From Toensbergia leucococca (Eukaryota), in NCBI GenBank assembly GCA_022813965.1, contig JALDZS010000083.1, positions 1 to 64,000 of the forward strand: 64,000 nucleotides of DNA. The letters are read 5' to 3'. Shown piece by piece: positions 62,228 through 64,000 of the stretch (within the stretch, counting starts at the first letter, position 1; each line of letters begins with the position of its first letter). A program made the position numbers and the translations under genes. A model generated the notes under the pieces. That model searched no databases, had not been told where the DNA came from, and worked only from the letters and a program-made list of their open reading frames with translations.

Positions 62228-62859
62228 AATTGGATAATTGGCTGCAATTCAAGGAGCACTGAGGCACTCATGTCGAGCAGTACTTGGCGAATACTACGAA
62301 TTCAATCTAATTTCACGGTCATCTGAAGCTCAAGCATCATTCTTCAAAAATTTTGATGCTAACTCTCTGCTTTGCTCTTTTAAAACGTCGGCCAAATTTA
62401 TAAGCTTTTGTACTATTTAATCCTCTACGCGTAAGACTTCAGGCCTTTTCAGCTCGCAACCAAATGGTACTAGTAAATACGTGTACATTTACAGCATGTG
62501 ATGAGTCTTGTCGGCAAATGTCCGGGTCTTGTGACTGCTGTAGATAGGTAGGTAGGTAGCGTGTGAAGATTGAAAAGAGGCGCGCTTCGCAATAAATATT
62601 CTTTTAGGAGCCGAGTGAGCTCCATAGCGGTGTAGTATTTTCTCCAACACACCCCAGCTGTTGAAAATCGGTCGTGATTCCAAAACCCATAATGCTACAA
62701 GGATTATAAGGTGCTTGATCGATGTGTGGCAAGTTTCTTGCCCCTCTACGAATATGTGGACTTTGTTACCGCTGGCATGGTATCATAGCTAAGGTAGTCC
62801 CGAAATACATATACCAAGTACTGGCTATATTGAGCATTTAAACCGAAGAGATTGCTGCC

Positions 62860-64000
62860 ATGGGGCAAAGCTTTTCCCTTGCAACGCTGTTAGCAGGCTC
62901 GGCGGGAATTGACGTGCCGGAGCTATCAGACCTCACGTATGAGAGATCCCTGGGCTCTGCAAGATTCATGAAATGTATCCGGGCAAGGCATCAGCATGGC
63001 TTGGTAGTTGTCAAACTCGTCATGAAGCCATATCCACAACTCGATCTTGAGAAGTACGTGAAAGCTATACGGCGTGAGTAGGTTGCTGTTAAGGACCTCT
63101 TCAAACAATTCAGGTGGCTGACAGAACCTTCTCAGGGGAACGTGATGCGCTATTCGATGTCCCCAATGCCCTTGGCTATCAGCGAGTGCTTGAGACAAGC
63201 ACGAACGGGTATCTCGTACGACAGTATCTCTATAGCTCCCTTTATGACCGTATGAGGTTCGTAGTTCTCTTTTTTCTCATAGACCCTTACTGATAGAGAT
63301 AGCACCCGCCCCTTTCTTGAAGACGTTGAGAAAAAGTGGCTCTCGTTCCAGCTTCTCTGTGCTCTACGAGACTGCCATGCTCGAGATGTCTACCATGGTG
63401 ATGTTAAAACGGAGAACATTTTAGTTACCTCATGGAACTGGTTATACCTTACGGACTTCTCATCATCCTTCAAGAAGACGTATCTTCCTGAAGATAATCC
63501 AGCTGACTTTTCCTATTACTTCGACACCTCAGGGAGAAGGACATGCTATTTAGCCCCAGAGCGATTTCTGGGACCTGGCGAAAAAGAGGATGCCGGAGGC
63601 GTTACCTGGGCCATGGATGTTTTTAGTGTTGGCTGTGTCATTGCGGAGCTGTTCCTTGAGTCCCCTATCTTTTCCTTGAGCCAGCTCTTCAAATACAGAA
63701 GAGGAGAATACGACCCTGATCTGGGCCATCTCAGCAAAATTCAAGACGAAGATGTCCGTGAGCTTGTTAGTCACATGATACAACTGGAGCCAGAATCAAG
63801 GTACTCAGCCGAGGAATATCTCAACTTCTGGCGTCGCAAGGCATTCCCGGAGTATTTCTACAGCTTTCTTCATCAGTATATGGGCTTAATCACTGACCCT
63901 TCATCTGGACGATCCCCAGTCTTGCCAGAAACGGCCAATTTTGGGGAAGCTGATGATAGAATCGATAGAGTGTTTTATGATTTTGATAAGATTTCATATT
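62860..64000 (+). CDS. VPS15: PI3K regulatory Ser/Thr kinase Vps15, 5' part (runs off window)
   Basis: MGQ myristoylation start, SLGSARFMKCIRAR, SLYDRM|STRPF, HGDVKTENILVTSWNW and YFDTSGRRTCYLAPERF. Confidence 0.96.

Overview
A gene-dense stretch of a filamentous ascomycete (Pezizomycotina) nuclear chromosome, with short GT-AG introns and CTRAY branch points. The exact taxon cannot be determined from the window. Recognisable housekeeping genes are a VAMP7-like R-SNARE, HSP10, SWT21/TCAB1-like WD40, a TauD-family dioxygenase, a PQ-loop protein, TYW1, dynein heavy chain, an ASI3-like RING ligase, MDV1, ARO7, BCP1 and the 5' part of VPS15. Less ordinary items: (i) a nine-exon divergent histone H4 variant almost invisible in the ORF track, with a GC-AG intron and a K16R-equivalent change; (ii) an AA9 LPMO with a Cys-rich module and a hevein/CBM18 domain, lacking the usual second-sphere His; (iii) a probable Zip2/SHOC1-like XPF-fold protein; (iv) a ~1.7 kb ORF-poor interval (8.4-10.1 kb) with several long hairpins, possibly an unannotated structured RNA; (v) decayed intergenic fold-back repeats; (vi) a 600-bp CpG-free AT-rich island. 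I found no rRNA, tRNA, CRISPR array or intact transposon. Gene models were spliced by eye and need transcript confirmation.
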